A DNA stretch of 62,618 nucleotides, taken from assembly GCA_016198125.1 (NCBI GenBank), contig JACQJG010000013.1, positions 1 to 62,618 on the forward strand. Direction: 5' to 3'. The position numbers were made by a program, and so were the translations under genes. The notes under the pieces are model-generated. The model did not search any database. It was not told the DNA's origin and saw nothing but the letters and a program-made list of their open reading frames with translations. Positions 28,248-37,270 of this stretch are shown here, one piece after another (position 1 is the stretch's first letter; each line of letters opens with the position of its first letter). Source of the stretch: Candidatus Iainarchaeum sp. (lineage in GTDB: Archaea > Iainarchaeota > Iainarchaeia > Iainarchaeales > VGJJ01).

Positions 28248-28820
28248 ATGGGGTCTTCAATGAACTTCGTAAAAAAAGGGATAATACGATTAAAACGCAA
28301 AATCAAGCGTGCGTGGTTTGTGCTGGGACAACGCAAGATAAAACGCGTCCATTCGAGAATAAAACGTACCCCCCGAATTAAAGGAAAGCGCCTTGTATTG
28401 AAAAGGGCGCACGAAAAACCAGAAATAGAAAGGGCTTGGCGAAAAAGGATTGCAGAATGGCATGCACGCCACCAAGCAAGAACCTATACCCTTGCACTTT
28501 CCAAACGCTTTCCGCCCATACAAGGCCAGCGGGTTGAGGTCTTTCGCGACCTGCCAACGTTGGGGGACGTACTGCTATCTGATGTTGGTTATCAAAAACC
28601 TGGCTCACGCGTTTTGACATTTTTGAAAAAAAATAATGTAGATGCGCACGCGGCCGTGAAGATGGGCACACGAGTGTGGCATGAATTTGACCACAACTTG
28701 GAAAACATCTTGCGGGGCGCTGGCAACCCTCGTTTTCCAATGGACCTTCACCCCTACCAATTCCTGGTAGAACGCATTGAAAAAAATGGGCGCATGCACC
28801 TGATTCTTGTGGACGTTTAA
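28248..28820 (+). CDS. Hypothetical protein with a very basic N-terminus
   Basis: The internal ATG lies 1 nt after the cupin stop. The first ~70 aa are K/R-rich. No family recognised. Confidence 0.45.
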   Translation: MGSSMNFVKKGIIRLKRKIKRAWFVLGQRKIKRVHSRIKRTPRIKGKRLVLKRAHEKPEIERAWRKRIAEWHARHQARTYTLALSKRFPPIQGQRVEVFRDLPTLGDVLLSDVGYQKPGSRVLTFLKKNNVDAHAAVKMGTRVWHEFDHNLENILRGAGNPRFPMDLHPYQFLVERIEKNGRMHLILVDV

Positions 28821-28886
28821 CACAAAAAAATAGGAAAAGGGAGCACTGGTTTCTACCCCCAGTGCCCTTGGCAAAAAAGGTTTTCA

Positions 28887-29999
28887 TTACAAGGACGCAA
28901 TGCCCAGGTCCCCGCGGCTTGAACCGCGTGGCCGTTGGTCCCTGCGGTCGCGCGCCACTTCACTGGCAGGCCCGCGAATGTAGGGAGAATGAACCCCGGT
29001 GAAAATGGAAATGACTTCCACTTTGTTTTCAAAGGTTGGATCCACTCTTGCCCCCCAAATCACGGAAGCCCGTGGATCGATTTGCTCGGTGAGCATTTCG
29101 CCAATCTGATTGGCTTCTCCAAGAGTCAATTCAGGTCCGCCGGTGATATGGATAAGGCATCCCGAAGCCCCGTTGATATCCACATCAAGAAGGGCGTTTT
29201 TGAGGGTGTCTTCCACTACTTCATTCACTTTATCCACAGACTTGGATTCCCCCACTGCAATGACTGAAAGCCCCTGGTTGCTCATGACACTGCGCACATC
29301 CGCATAATCCAGGTTGATGAGCGAAGGCTGGGTAATGGTTTCCGTAATTCCGCGCACAGTGCGTGCAATGACTTCGTCTGCAACCTTGAACGCGTCCTGA
29401 ATAGGCAGGTTGGGCACCAATTCCACCAAACGGTTATTGTCAATAACCACCACCGTATCACACACGTTCTTCAAACTGTTGATTCCTTCTTCGGCCTTGA
29501 TGAGGCGCGCTTTTTCCAATGCAAATGGATAGGTAACAATGGCAATAACAATGGCCCCTTGTTCTTTTGCAATTTCCGCGATGATGGGAGAAGCCCCTGT
29601 TCCTGTTCCCCCGCCCATTCCAGTGGAGATAAACAGCATGTCAACTCCTGAAAGCACTTCTTCCAACGCCTGCCTTGAAACCTCTGCGGCCTTGGCGCCA
29701 ATTTCAGGATATCCCCCTGCCCCCAATCCGCGGGTAACAGACTTTCCAATTAAAACCTTGGTCAATTCATCGTTAATAATAGACAAGTGCTGTTTGTCGG
29801 TGTTCACAGCCACCAATTGAGCACCTGAAACACCCATGTTTGCAATGCGGTTTACTGCATTACACCCTGCGCCCCCCACTCCAATGACCATAATCTTGGG
29901 TGCACCAAACTCTTCAAGCTTGTCTTCAGTCCCGCTTGAAGAACCAGAATGTACGGCATTATCAATAATAGATTTCAATACAATCACCCCTATACTCAC
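28887..29999 (-). CDS. ftsZ: Cell-division GTPase FtsZ
   Basis: IMVIGVGGAGCNAVNRI, the tubulin signature GMGGGTGTGASPIIA, and NLDYADVRSVM. Confidence 0.95.
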   Translation of the reverse strand: MSIGVIVLKSIIDNAVHSGSSSGTEDKLEEFGAPKIMVIGVGGAGCNAVNRIANMGVSGAQLVAVNTDKQHLSIINDELTKVLIGKSVTRGLGAGGYPEIGAKAAEVSRQALEEVLSGVDMLFISTGMGGGTGTGASPIIAEIAKEQGAIVIAIVTYPFALEKARLIKAEEGINSLKNVCDTVVVIDNNRLVELVPNLPIQDAFKVADEVIARTVRGITETITQPSLINLDYADVRSVMSNQGLSVIAVGESKSVDKVNEVVEDTLKNALLDVDINGASGCLIHITGGPELTLGEANQIGEMLTEQIDPRASVIWGARVDPTFENKVEVISIFTGVHSPYIRGPASEVARDRRDQRPRGSSRGDLGIASL

Positions 30000-30173
30000 T
30001 CAAAAAAGCCTCGTTGAGACCTTTTACGGGTTAAAACATTTCCAAAAAAGCACATGCAAAAAGTCTTTTGAAAAGTTTTAACGCTACTATTACAGTTAAA
30101 GTCCTTTAAATACATTCCTTTTTATGTATATGGCGCTAATTACGCTTCTTTTTGTTAACAACAACCCGATTGG

Positions 30174-30180
30174 TTTAAAG
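30174..30180 (+). promoter_or_regulatory. TATA-like box upstream of SRP RNA
   Basis: TTTAAAG lies 23-29 nt upstream of the inferred SRP RNA 5' end. Confidence 0.4.
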
Positions 30181-30202
30181 TGTTAATGGCCTTTATGTAG
30201 TT

Positions 30203-30476
30203 GGGCTAGGCTGGCGGGTTAGCAGTCCGCTGTCACCTGAAACCTGCTTTACGCAGGAGCCGAACGCGGAAAGGCGTTGCACGTTCATGTGCAGGTCCGC
30301 GCAGAAGGCTGTAGACCTTTTGTCCCCCAAGATTGAGTGAATGGGCCAACTCCGCCAGGTTCGGAAGAAAGCAACGGCAACCCAGGCATTGAATGCTTAG
30401 GGTACACAAAAGCGAGACCCCTGTGCGGAATCACTTGCATGCGGGTATGCAACCACTTTCCGTCCGCCCACTCCAT
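30203..30476 (+). ncRNA. ffs: Signal recognition particle RNA (7S, archaeal type)
   Basis: CCAGGTTCGGAAGAAAGCAACGGCAACCC matches the conserved helix-8 motif (CAGGUCCGGAAGGAAGCAGC). The 5' GGGCTAGGCTGGCGGG is complementary to the 3' CCGTCCGCCCACTCC. It is GC-rich, ORF-free and ~275 nt. The ends are approximate. Confidence 0.8.
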
Positions 30477-30784
30477 TTAACCCCACAAAACAAATTAAAA
30501 TAAGAGTATTCTATGCTTTTTTTTAATTTTAAAGCGTATTCATTATTTTTTTAGATTGAATAACAGTCTAAACGCCTTCTAAGGTGCGCTTCTATACCCC
30601 TTCTTTGTACCCGTTAACCCTCGCTTAAAAGCGAAAAAAAAGACGTTGAAAAACACCCGTATTTGCACAAATTTTTGGACACCCAACAGGGGCATACCTC
30701 AAATTCCAACGGTTTCAAGCGCAACCAGGCATTTCTTTTTTAAGTGTTCCCGCGTCCAAGTTCTAAACACTAACACGTGTTTTT

Positions 30785-30858
30785 GCCTCGGTAGCTCAGA
30801 CTGGTAGAGCGCCCGGCTGTTAACCGGTAGGTCGGCAGTTCAAATCTGCCCCGAGGCG
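30785..30858 (+). tRNA. tRNA-Asn(GTT)
   Basis: GCCTCGG TA GCTC AGACTGGTA GAGC G CCCGG CTGTTAA CCGGT AGGTC GGCAG TTCAAAT CTGCC CCGAGGC G. Confidence 0.9.
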
Positions 30859-30860
30859 CT

Positions 30861-32027
30861 TCAAGGCTTTCCGGTAGGATAAACCACGTCATCCAATTTA
30901 ATGGACGCATCGCTTGTTTCTTCGCGCAAGGCATTCAAAAACAAGTCATTCTTTTCTTTTATGGAAAGCCCTTCCAAGGTCAGGGACCCTTGAGTTTCCA
31001 GCATGCGGTTTAACACGTTTGGAATCACGCTTTCCTTGTACTTTTCTGCCATCTTACTAATTGCAAAACCTGCGTGCGCCGTAGGCTGTTCCACATACAA
31101 AGTATCTATGGTTGGGTCCCAGGTTTCAAGGCCGCCAAAGGGAAGAGCACCAGGCACCACGCGGTCTAAAGCCGTATAGGCCCCATACTCAGCGATCCCA
31201 GCTTCCAACCAGGGTTGAAGTTTTAATCCTTGAATGGCCTGCCGGTTCAGTGCATGCGAGAGAAGCAATTCAAACGCGCCTGTTTTGAAAGTAGATTCAT
31301 CCAATGCATACGCATTGCTGACCACTAAAGCATTCAAGCCCACGTATTCCAATTCTTTACCGGGAATAGGCAAGAACCCCAAGGCCAGCGTGGAATACGG
31401 CTTGAATCCAGTAATTTCCTTTACCCTGGACTTGGCTGTACAAATAGAGTCAAAAGTACTCTCATGGCCTTCATAGTATTTGACTTTTTGGACTTGAGAA
31501 AACCGCAGCCCGCAATTTACATCCGCTCTTTCTTCCGGGCTTAAAACAAATGCCACTTGCGTTGTATGCGCAGTCAATAACGGAGTTTCGTTCAACGCAT
31601 GCTGGCCTTCTTCAACACTCACATTCCACTCCACTCCAGGGATTGCGCCCCAGTCAAAGGCGTCCAAAACACATAGGTCATCGATGCACCGCTTGCCCAA
31701 ACAGGTCCCAGTAGTACAATCCTTTTTGTTTTTAACCACTTCAAATGAAGTGACTGCCCCCACTGGAAAGGGAGTAACTGTTACCTTTTCCAAGGAAACC
31801 AGGACGTTGACTTGTTGAACAGTTTCCGCAGGTTCAACGGGCACAGGGGGCTCAACCCCTTCTATTCCACTCGGAACTTCGGGTAAGGCATTGACGGTGT
31901 TCTGTACGTTGGCAGGCCCTTCAGGTCCCTGAAGGCATCCAACCACCAAGAGTACCACTGCCCCTGCCATTATTTCATACCGCATGCCCCCCCATGGTTT
32001 TTCAAGCATAAAATAGTTTCGCTTCAC
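30861..32027 (-). CDS. Hypothetical secreted or lipoprotein
   Basis: The N-terminal hydrophobic segment ends in VVGC (lipobox-like). No catalytic motif recognised. Confidence 0.55.
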   Translation of the reverse strand: MKRNYFMLEKPWGGMRYEIMAGAVVLLVVGCLQGPEGPANVQNTVNALPEVPSGIEGVEPPVPVEPAETVQQVNVLVSLEKVTVTPFPVGAVTSFEVVKNKKDCTTGTCLGKRCIDDLCVLDAFDWGAIPGVEWNVSVEEGQHALNETPLLTAHTTQVAFVLSPEERADVNCGLRFSQVQKVKYYEGHESTFDSICTAKSRVKEITGFKPYSTLALGFLPIPGKELEYVGLNALVVSNAYALDESTFKTGAFELLLSHALNRQAIQGLKLQPWLEAGIAEYGAYTALDRVVPGALPFGGLETWDPTIDTLYVEQPTAHAGFAISKMAEKYKESVIPNVLNRMLETQGSLTLEGLSIKEKNDLFLNALREETSDASIKLDDVVYPTGKP

Positions 32028-32042
32028 ACGACTAAAAACTTA

Positions 32043-32867
32043 GGTGATTGGGTAGAAAACGGAGCAATTTAACTACTTTTTTGGCTTTTTTACGTCTATG
32101 GTTGTGGGTTCGGCCATGTATGAACATGGTCGTAAGTGCTGGTTTTGCTGCTCGTATGGCTTGTCGCGTTTGCGCGACAAGCGAGTTTGGTGTAGCGCTT
32201 GTCGTTCGAAATATAGTTTGAGAAAATTGAAACGCGATCTAAAAGTCTTATACTATTTCTATTTGGAAGTGAGCGCACGAAAGTGCGCTCGTGAACTCGG
32301 ATTGAATTACAAAACAATTGCAAAAAGATACATGCAATATCGCGAAGCGATATTGCGTTACTCCGAGAATGATTTCAAAAAGTTGCACGGAAAAATAGAA
32401 GCAGATGAATCTTATTTTGGTGGTAAACGAAAAGGTAATCGTGGCAGGGGTGCTTTCAATAAACAAGCCGTATTCGGCATTCTTGAACGTAATGGGCGGG
32501 TTTACACGGCCGTCGTAGAAAATGTTTCAGCAAAAACATTGTTCAATCACATCAAAAAGAAAACGAGAAAGGGGAGCGTATTCTATACCGATTGTTTCAA
32601 ATCCTATAAAGATTTGAAGCAATACGGAAAACACAATCGGGTAAAACACTCAAAAACGTTCGGAAAAGGACACAATCACATCAACGGAATAGAAGGATTC
32701 TGGTCATTCGCAAAAGAACGATTCCACAAATACCACGGAATAAACAAACAGAATTACCCGCTTTACATCAAAGAAATGGAATTCCGATTCAACAACAGAA
32801 AAGAAAATCTGTACGCCAGATTAATTGGCGTAATACGCCAATTTGCTCCGAAAAATACCTAATCACC
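32043..32867 (+). mobile_element. IS1595-family insertion sequence, complete, with an 8-bp target-site duplication
   Basis: Imperfect 25-bp terminal inverted repeats match 19/25: GGTGATTGGGTAGAAAACGGAGCAA at 32043-32067 versus the reverse complement of 32843-32867. Flanking direct repeats AAAACTTA lie at 32035-32042 and 32868-32875. The element is AT-rich compared with its flanks. Confidence 0.85.
32098..32862 (+). CDS. IS1595-family (ISXO2-like) DDE transposase
   Basis: It has an N-terminal Zn-ribbon (CWFC...CSAC). EADESYFGGKRKGNRGRGA..KQAVFGILERNGRVY, FYTDCFKSYKDL and INGIEGFWSFAKERF are the hallmark DDE_Tnp_IS1595 blocks. Confidence 0.88.
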   Translation: MVVGSAMYEHGRKCWFCCSYGLSRLRDKRVWCSACRSKYSLRKLKRDLKVLYYFYLEVSARKCARELGLNYKTIAKRYMQYREAILRYSENDFKKLHGKIEADESYFGGKRKGNRGRGAFNKQAVFGILERNGRVYTAVVENVSAKTLFNHIKKKTRKGSVFYTDCFKSYKDLKQYGKHNRVKHSKTFGKGHNHINGIEGFWSFAKERFHKYHGINKQNYPLYIKEMEFRFNNRKENLYARLIGVIRQFAPKNT

Positions 32868-32903
32868 AAAACTTATATTAATTAAGTAAAACGTTTCCAT
32901 ATT

Positions 32904-34544
32904 ATGCCTCTTTCAAACACGCCCCCACTCAAATTCATTGTAGTCACTGGCGGCGTGCTTTCAGGCCTTGGGAAAGGCATTGCCGCTGCATCCATTGGCC
33001 ACTTGTTTTCTTCTGCCCTGAAAGTGGTGCCCATGAAATTGGACGGGTACTTGAATGTAGACCCTGGAACCATGAATCCTATTGAACATGGCGAAGTATT
33101 CGTTCTCGATGATGGGGGCGAAGTGGACATGGACTTTGGACACTATGAACGCTTTCTGGGCGTGACCTGCAAGTCCGACTGGAATCTCACCATGGGAAAA
33201 GTATTTGAGTCCGTGCGCGACAAGGAACGCAAAGGAGATTACCTTGGAAAAACAGTACAATACATTCCCCACGTGGTTAATGCCATTAAAGAAAAAATCC
33301 GAGCCATCGCCCACGCAGAACACGCAGACCTCATGGTCATTGAAGTGGGCGGAACGGTGGGAGACATGGAAAGCGAATTGTATGTAGAGGCGTGCAGGCA
33401 ACTCCGCAACGAGGCAGGCCCCAAAAACATTGCGTACGTGCACTTAACCTATGTGCCCATCCTGCACTCGGTCGGAGAACAAAAATCAAAGCCCACCCAA
33501 CAATCAGTGGCATTACTGAGGCAACGAGGCATCCAGCCGGATGTTGTCATCGGCAGGTGCCGCAAGCACTTGGATGAGCACTTAAAAGAACGGATATCCA
33601 TGTTCTGCGACCTGCCAAAAGAAGGAGTGATAACCGGTTTAGATGTAGACAACGTGTACAAAATTCCATTGGTGTTCAACGAAGAAGGCATTATAAATAT
33701 TCTCAACCAAAAACTTGGGCTAAATGTTCAACCCAACCTGGCACGATGGGAACAACTCCTTCACAATGCCGAGAACCCCCAGCGCGAGGTTGTAATTGCC
33801 ATGTGCGGCAAGTACACGCGCCTCATGGACTCCTATGCATCCGTAATAGAAGCCCTCAACCATGCGGCAGCACACCTCCACGCAAAACCAGTCATCAAGT
33901 GGATTGAAACCACTGACATTGAAAATGAACAACGCCCCATTGAAGAGGCCCTGCACGACGTTCAAGGAATCATTGTCCCCGGGGGCTTTGGGGCACGCGG
34001 CGCAGAAGGAAAAATACAAGTCGTCCGTCATGCAAGGAAAAACGGCATTCCATTCCTCGGCCTGTGCTATGGACTGCAATTGGCTGTAATCGAGTTCGCA
34101 CGCAATGAATGCCATTTAGCTGAAGCCAACAGCACGGAAATAAACCCCCACACGTCAAACCCCGTCATCGACCTTTTGCCTGAACAACTCCACGTAACCC
34201 AAAAAGGAGCCACCATGCGCCTGGGAGGCCAAAACATTGAAGTAAAAAAAGGCACGCGCGCGCACGCGTTGTTTGGAGACAGTGTAAGGCTACGCTTCCG
34301 GCACCGGTACGAGGTCAACCCTGTTTACATTCAAACCCTGGAAAAGCACGGCCTTGTATTCTCAGGCAAAGCCCCTGGAAGAGAAATCATGCAAATCCTG
34401 GAATTACCCCACCACCCCTTCTTCATGGCCACACAGGCCCACCCCGAACTCACTTCCACGTTGGACAAGCCCAATGCGTTCTTTTATGAATTTTTGAAAA
34501 CTGCCATGCAACCCCTAACAGAAAAAGAAAAAGTGACTGCGTGA
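32904..34544 (+). CDS. pyrG: CTP synthase
   Basis: FIVVTGGVLSGLGKGIAAASIG is followed by the GATase domain (GIIVPGGFGARGAEGK, LGLCYGLQ, HRYEVN). Confidence 0.95.
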   Translation: MPLSNTPPLKFIVVTGGVLSGLGKGIAAASIGHLFSSALKVVPMKLDGYLNVDPGTMNPIEHGEVFVLDDGGEVDMDFGHYERFLGVTCKSDWNLTMGKVFESVRDKERKGDYLGKTVQYIPHVVNAIKEKIRAIAHAEHADLMVIEVGGTVGDMESELYVEACRQLRNEAGPKNIAYVHLTYVPILHSVGEQKSKPTQQSVALLRQRGIQPDVVIGRCRKHLDEHLKERISMFCDLPKEGVITGLDVDNVYKIPLVFNEEGIINILNQKLGLNVQPNLARWEQLLHNAENPQREVVIAMCGKYTRLMDSYASVIEALNHAAAHLHAKPVIKWIETTDIENEQRPIEEALHDVQGIIVPGGFGARGAEGKIQVVRHARKNGIPFLGLCYGLQLAVIEFARNECHLAEANSTEINPHTSNPVIDLLPEQLHVTQKGATMRLGGQNIEVKKGTRAHALFGDSVRLRFRHRYEVNPVYIQTLEKHGLVFSGKAPGREIMQILELPHHPFFMATQAHPELTSTLDKPNAFFYEFLKTAMQPLTEKEKVTA

Positions 34545-34549
34545 AAAAG

Positions 34550-34966
34550 TCATGCGAATGTCTTTTGAAGAAGCGCTGCCACGCGCTTCAATTCTTCCTG
34601 CGAGGCCCCACGTGCCCTCAATGGATTCAACTCATTTCTATGATTAACAGGAACCAAATGTACGTGAACATGAGGCACCCCAAACCCCTCAATGGCCATT
34701 CCCACGCGCTTGGAGTTCATGGCCTTCTTCAAAAGAGGGCCCAACCTTTTTGCAGCGTTGAAAAGCCCCTGATAGGAATCATCGTCCAAGTCAAACACGA
34801 AGTCCACGTGCTTCTTTGGAATCAACAGGACGTGCCCTGGGTTAACGGGATTAATGTCCAGGAACGCGTAAAACGATTCACCCTCCCACACTTTATAGGA
34901 TGGAACCGCTCCCTCAATGACACGGCAGAAAATGCACGCTTGCATGCCATTCAAAAACAACCCCAT
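34550..34966 (-). CDS. HIT-family (histidine triad) protein
   Basis: CIFCRVIEG... and the triad GVPHVHVHLVP. Confidence 0.85.
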   Translation of the reverse strand: MGLFLNGMQACIFCRVIEGAVPSYKVWEGESFYAFLDINPVNPGHVLLIPKKHVDFVFDLDDDSYQGLFNAAKRLGPLLKKAMNSKRVGMAIEGFGVPHVHVHLVPVNHRNELNPLRARGASQEELKRVAALLQKTFA

Positions 34967-35006
34967 TCCTTTTAAAACCTCGTGCAGGTTAAAATCTTGA
35001 AACCCT

Positions 35007-35090
35007 GCGGGGTTGGCAGAGTGGTCTATAGCGGCAGCCTGCTAAGCTGTTCTGGGAAACCAGGCGAGGGTTCGAATCCCTCACCCCGCG
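35007..35090 (+). tRNA. tRNA-Ser(GCT)
   Basis: Anticodon arm GCAGC CTGCTAA GCTGT, long variable arm TCTGGGAAACCAGGC, T-arm GAGGG TTCGAAT CCCTC, and acceptor GCGGGGT/ACCCCGC. Confidence 0.9.
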
Positions 35091-35168
35091 TTAATGCGCA
35101 ATTGGAATTAGGGTCTACAGTGGCAGACAAAGGATTTACAGGCGAAAAAAAGGCAGAAATGGTTTAAT

Positions 35169-35873
35169 ATGAAAACAGTGGGAATAATTGGGGGTCTTGG
35201 ACCAGAAACAACTTCGGAATTTTACTTAGACTTGGTCTTCTCTTGTCAAAAAAAGGATAGAACCCACAGACCAGCCATAATAATTACAAGTGTGCCTATG
35301 CCTTATTCAATAGAAGAAGATGCAATTTCAAAAAATAGTGGAATTGAAAGGTGCCTGCCTTTTTTGATAGATGAAGCGAGAAGATTAGAAAAATCTGGCG
35401 CTGATTTTATTGTAATGCCTTGTAATTCTCTTCATATTTTCCTCAAAGAAATCAGAAACGCCGTCAAAATTCCTGTTTTAAGCATTGTTGAAGAAACAAT
35501 AAAATTTCTAAAGAAAAATGAATTCAAGAGGGTTGGCATAGTCTCAACTTCTGCAACAATCAGAAACAAATTGTATGAAAACGCGTTTGAAGAAAACAAG
35601 ATTTCTTATGCGACTCCAACTGATTTTGAACAGGAAAAAATGGGAAAAATCATCCTGAACCTTGTTACTGGAATGCAAAACAACAAAGACAGGGAAGAAA
35701 TAATCAGAATAATAGGCGGTTTTGAAAGCAGAAATGTCGATTGTGTCGTACTCGCATGCACGGACCTGCAGTTACTCATCCCAAAGTATCCCCCGCTGAA
35801 GGTATTTGACACTATGACGATTTTTGCAGATGCGACAGTTGATTACATGCTGCAAAACAACAGCAGCACATAG
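35169..35873 (+). CDS. Aspartate/glutamate racemase-family protein
   Basis: MKTVGIIGGLGPETTSEFY, with the two catalytic Cys contexts MPCNSLH and LACTDLQ. The gene is markedly AT-rich. Confidence 0.8.
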   Translation: MKTVGIIGGLGPETTSEFYLDLVFSCQKKDRTHRPAIIITSVPMPYSIEEDAISKNSGIERCLPFLIDEARRLEKSGADFIVMPCNSLHIFLKEIRNAVKIPVLSIVEETIKFLKKNEFKRVGIVSTSATIRNKLYENAFEENKISYATPTDFEQEKMGKIILNLVTGMQNNKDREEIIRIIGGFESRNVDCVVLACTDLQLLIPKYPPLKVFDTMTIFADATVDYMLQNNSST

Positions 35874-35974
35874 CGGACTCGAATGCTGGTTAGAATATCA
35901 TACATGGCATTAAAGTGATACTGAATGCTCCCTCCTAAAGGCCGAGGTATTCATAACCCAAAACGTTCAATCAA

Positions 35975-36211
35975 TTAGTCATACACGCGAGGCCGTTTAT
36001 CTATTTTGGTCACTAACACTATCTTTCCAGCATGTTTAACTTTGTAGAGTGCGCGATAACCACCGATACGAAAACGATAAACCGGTTCGCCATTGTCCCG
36101 GGTAATAAACTTTGAATCGGGAGGAACAGGATCATCGGCTAGCCGCTTTAATCGCTCAGTAATTCGTTCACGATCTTTGTCTTGCCGGCTTTCAACTCTT
36201 TTTCCGCTTCC
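35975..36211 (-). pseudogene. RelE/ParE-family toxin remnant with no usable start codon
   Basis: A 78-codon open frame translates ...RQDKDRERITERLKRLADDPVPPDSKFITRDNGEPVYRFRIGGYRALYKVKHAGKIVLVTKIDKRPRVYD*. It is bounded upstream by TAA, has no ATG/GTG/TTG until Val65, and lacks the first ~10-15 residues of typical RelE. It overlaps the antitoxin gene by 64 nt. Confidence 0.55.
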
Positions 36212-36336
36212 TTAATTGACTCAACATCATCATCTGTCAATAGCATATCCGAATCCGCCAAATGGGATTTAATGTAATCTAAATCTGACCGTATAGTTCT
36301 TAGCTCTTTTAAAATAGCCTTTGTTTCTGCTTCCAT
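36148..36336 (-). CDS. Small antitoxin-like protein (partner of the RelE remnant)
   Basis: 62 aa. ...LTDDDVESIKEAEKELKAGKTKIVNELL resembles archaeal antitoxins of RelE-type modules. Confidence 0.5.
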   Translation of the reverse strand: MEAETKAILKELRTIRSDLDYIKSHLADSDMLLTDDDVESIKEAEKELKAGKTKIVNELLSD

Positions 36337-36446
36337 AACTATTACCCCTTACTTTTAACTTAGAAAGCTATTCTAAAAAAGCCATTGAATAGAATCTGTT
36401 ATTTACTTTGAAATAGGCGCGCTCGCCCGTACAATATCTTATTAAG

Positions 36447-37019
36447 TTAAGGGCACGGCCAGTTTTCCGGGGAATAAATGTCATACACGTATACCCATGA
36501 AAGCGTGCTCGCGGGGTCTGCAGGCGTGAAAACAAGCAAACCGGATTCTTCTGCGTTGTCCATGGGCTTGTTGAAGGGAGTCATGACTCCCAAGGCCAGC
36601 TGAAAGTCTGCAATCGTCCCTCCTATGGGAATAATAAGCCCAACAAGTTTTGTAATCAGGCCTTCTTTTCGAATGTCTCCAAAACCCCATTTCAAGTTTT
36701 GGTCAAATGGAAACTGTTTTCCATACCAGACAGGGGAATCCTCAAAAAATAAAATGGCGCCAACCGGGTATTTCACGTAATCAGGCCCCAGCCAAGACAC
36801 CTGCACAACCTTTGAAACAGGCGGGGGCTCATACCCCAAAGCGCTTGCTGCATCCGCGTGCAGGCCACTCAATACATTGTCACAGGCCGTGAAAAAGGTT
36901 TGCTCCTTAGCAACCGTATTTTGTTCGCGTGCCTCGGCAAAAAAACGTTCAGCCAAACCCGTACTGGACAAAACCAGCAGGCATGCCACCCACACCAGGA
37001 AACGCATGCTTACATCCAA
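36447..37019 (-). CDS. Hypothetical secreted protein
   Basis: The signal-like N-terminus reads MRFLVWVACLLVLSSTGLA. No family recognised. Confidence 0.5.
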   Translation of the reverse strand: MDVSMRFLVWVACLLVLSSTGLAERFFAEAREQNTVAKEQTFFTACDNVLSGLHADAASALGYEPPPVSKVVQVSWLGPDYVKYPVGAILFFEDSPVWYGKQFPFDQNLKWGFGDIRKEGLITKLVGLIIPIGGTIADFQLALGVMTPFNKPMDNAEESGLLVFTPADPASTLSWVYVYDIYSPENWPCP

Positions 37020-37111
37020 GCAAAAAACCCCTATATAAGGTTTTACGCGCTTTGAATGGGAAACAACTCACGCACACCTTTAAATGCGTTATTCCATACG
37101 TGTTGGTTGCC

Positions 37112-37195
37112 GCGCGGGTACCAAAGCGGCTAAATGGACCAGACTCAAGATCTGGTGGCTTAGTGCCTTCGACGGTTCGAATCCGTCCCCGCGCA
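37112..37195 (+). tRNA. tRNA-Leu(CAA)
   Basis: GCGCGGG...CCAGA CTCAAGA TCTGG, long variable arm, GACGG TTCGAAT CCGTC CCCGCGC A. The box CTTTAAATGC lies ~30 nt upstream. Confidence 0.9.
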
Positions 37196-37270
37196 TACAC
37201 AGTTTCGTCTGTGTGGTGTGACATTCAGCAAGGAATTCCTATTGGAACCTAACAGGCCAGCTGCGGCTGT

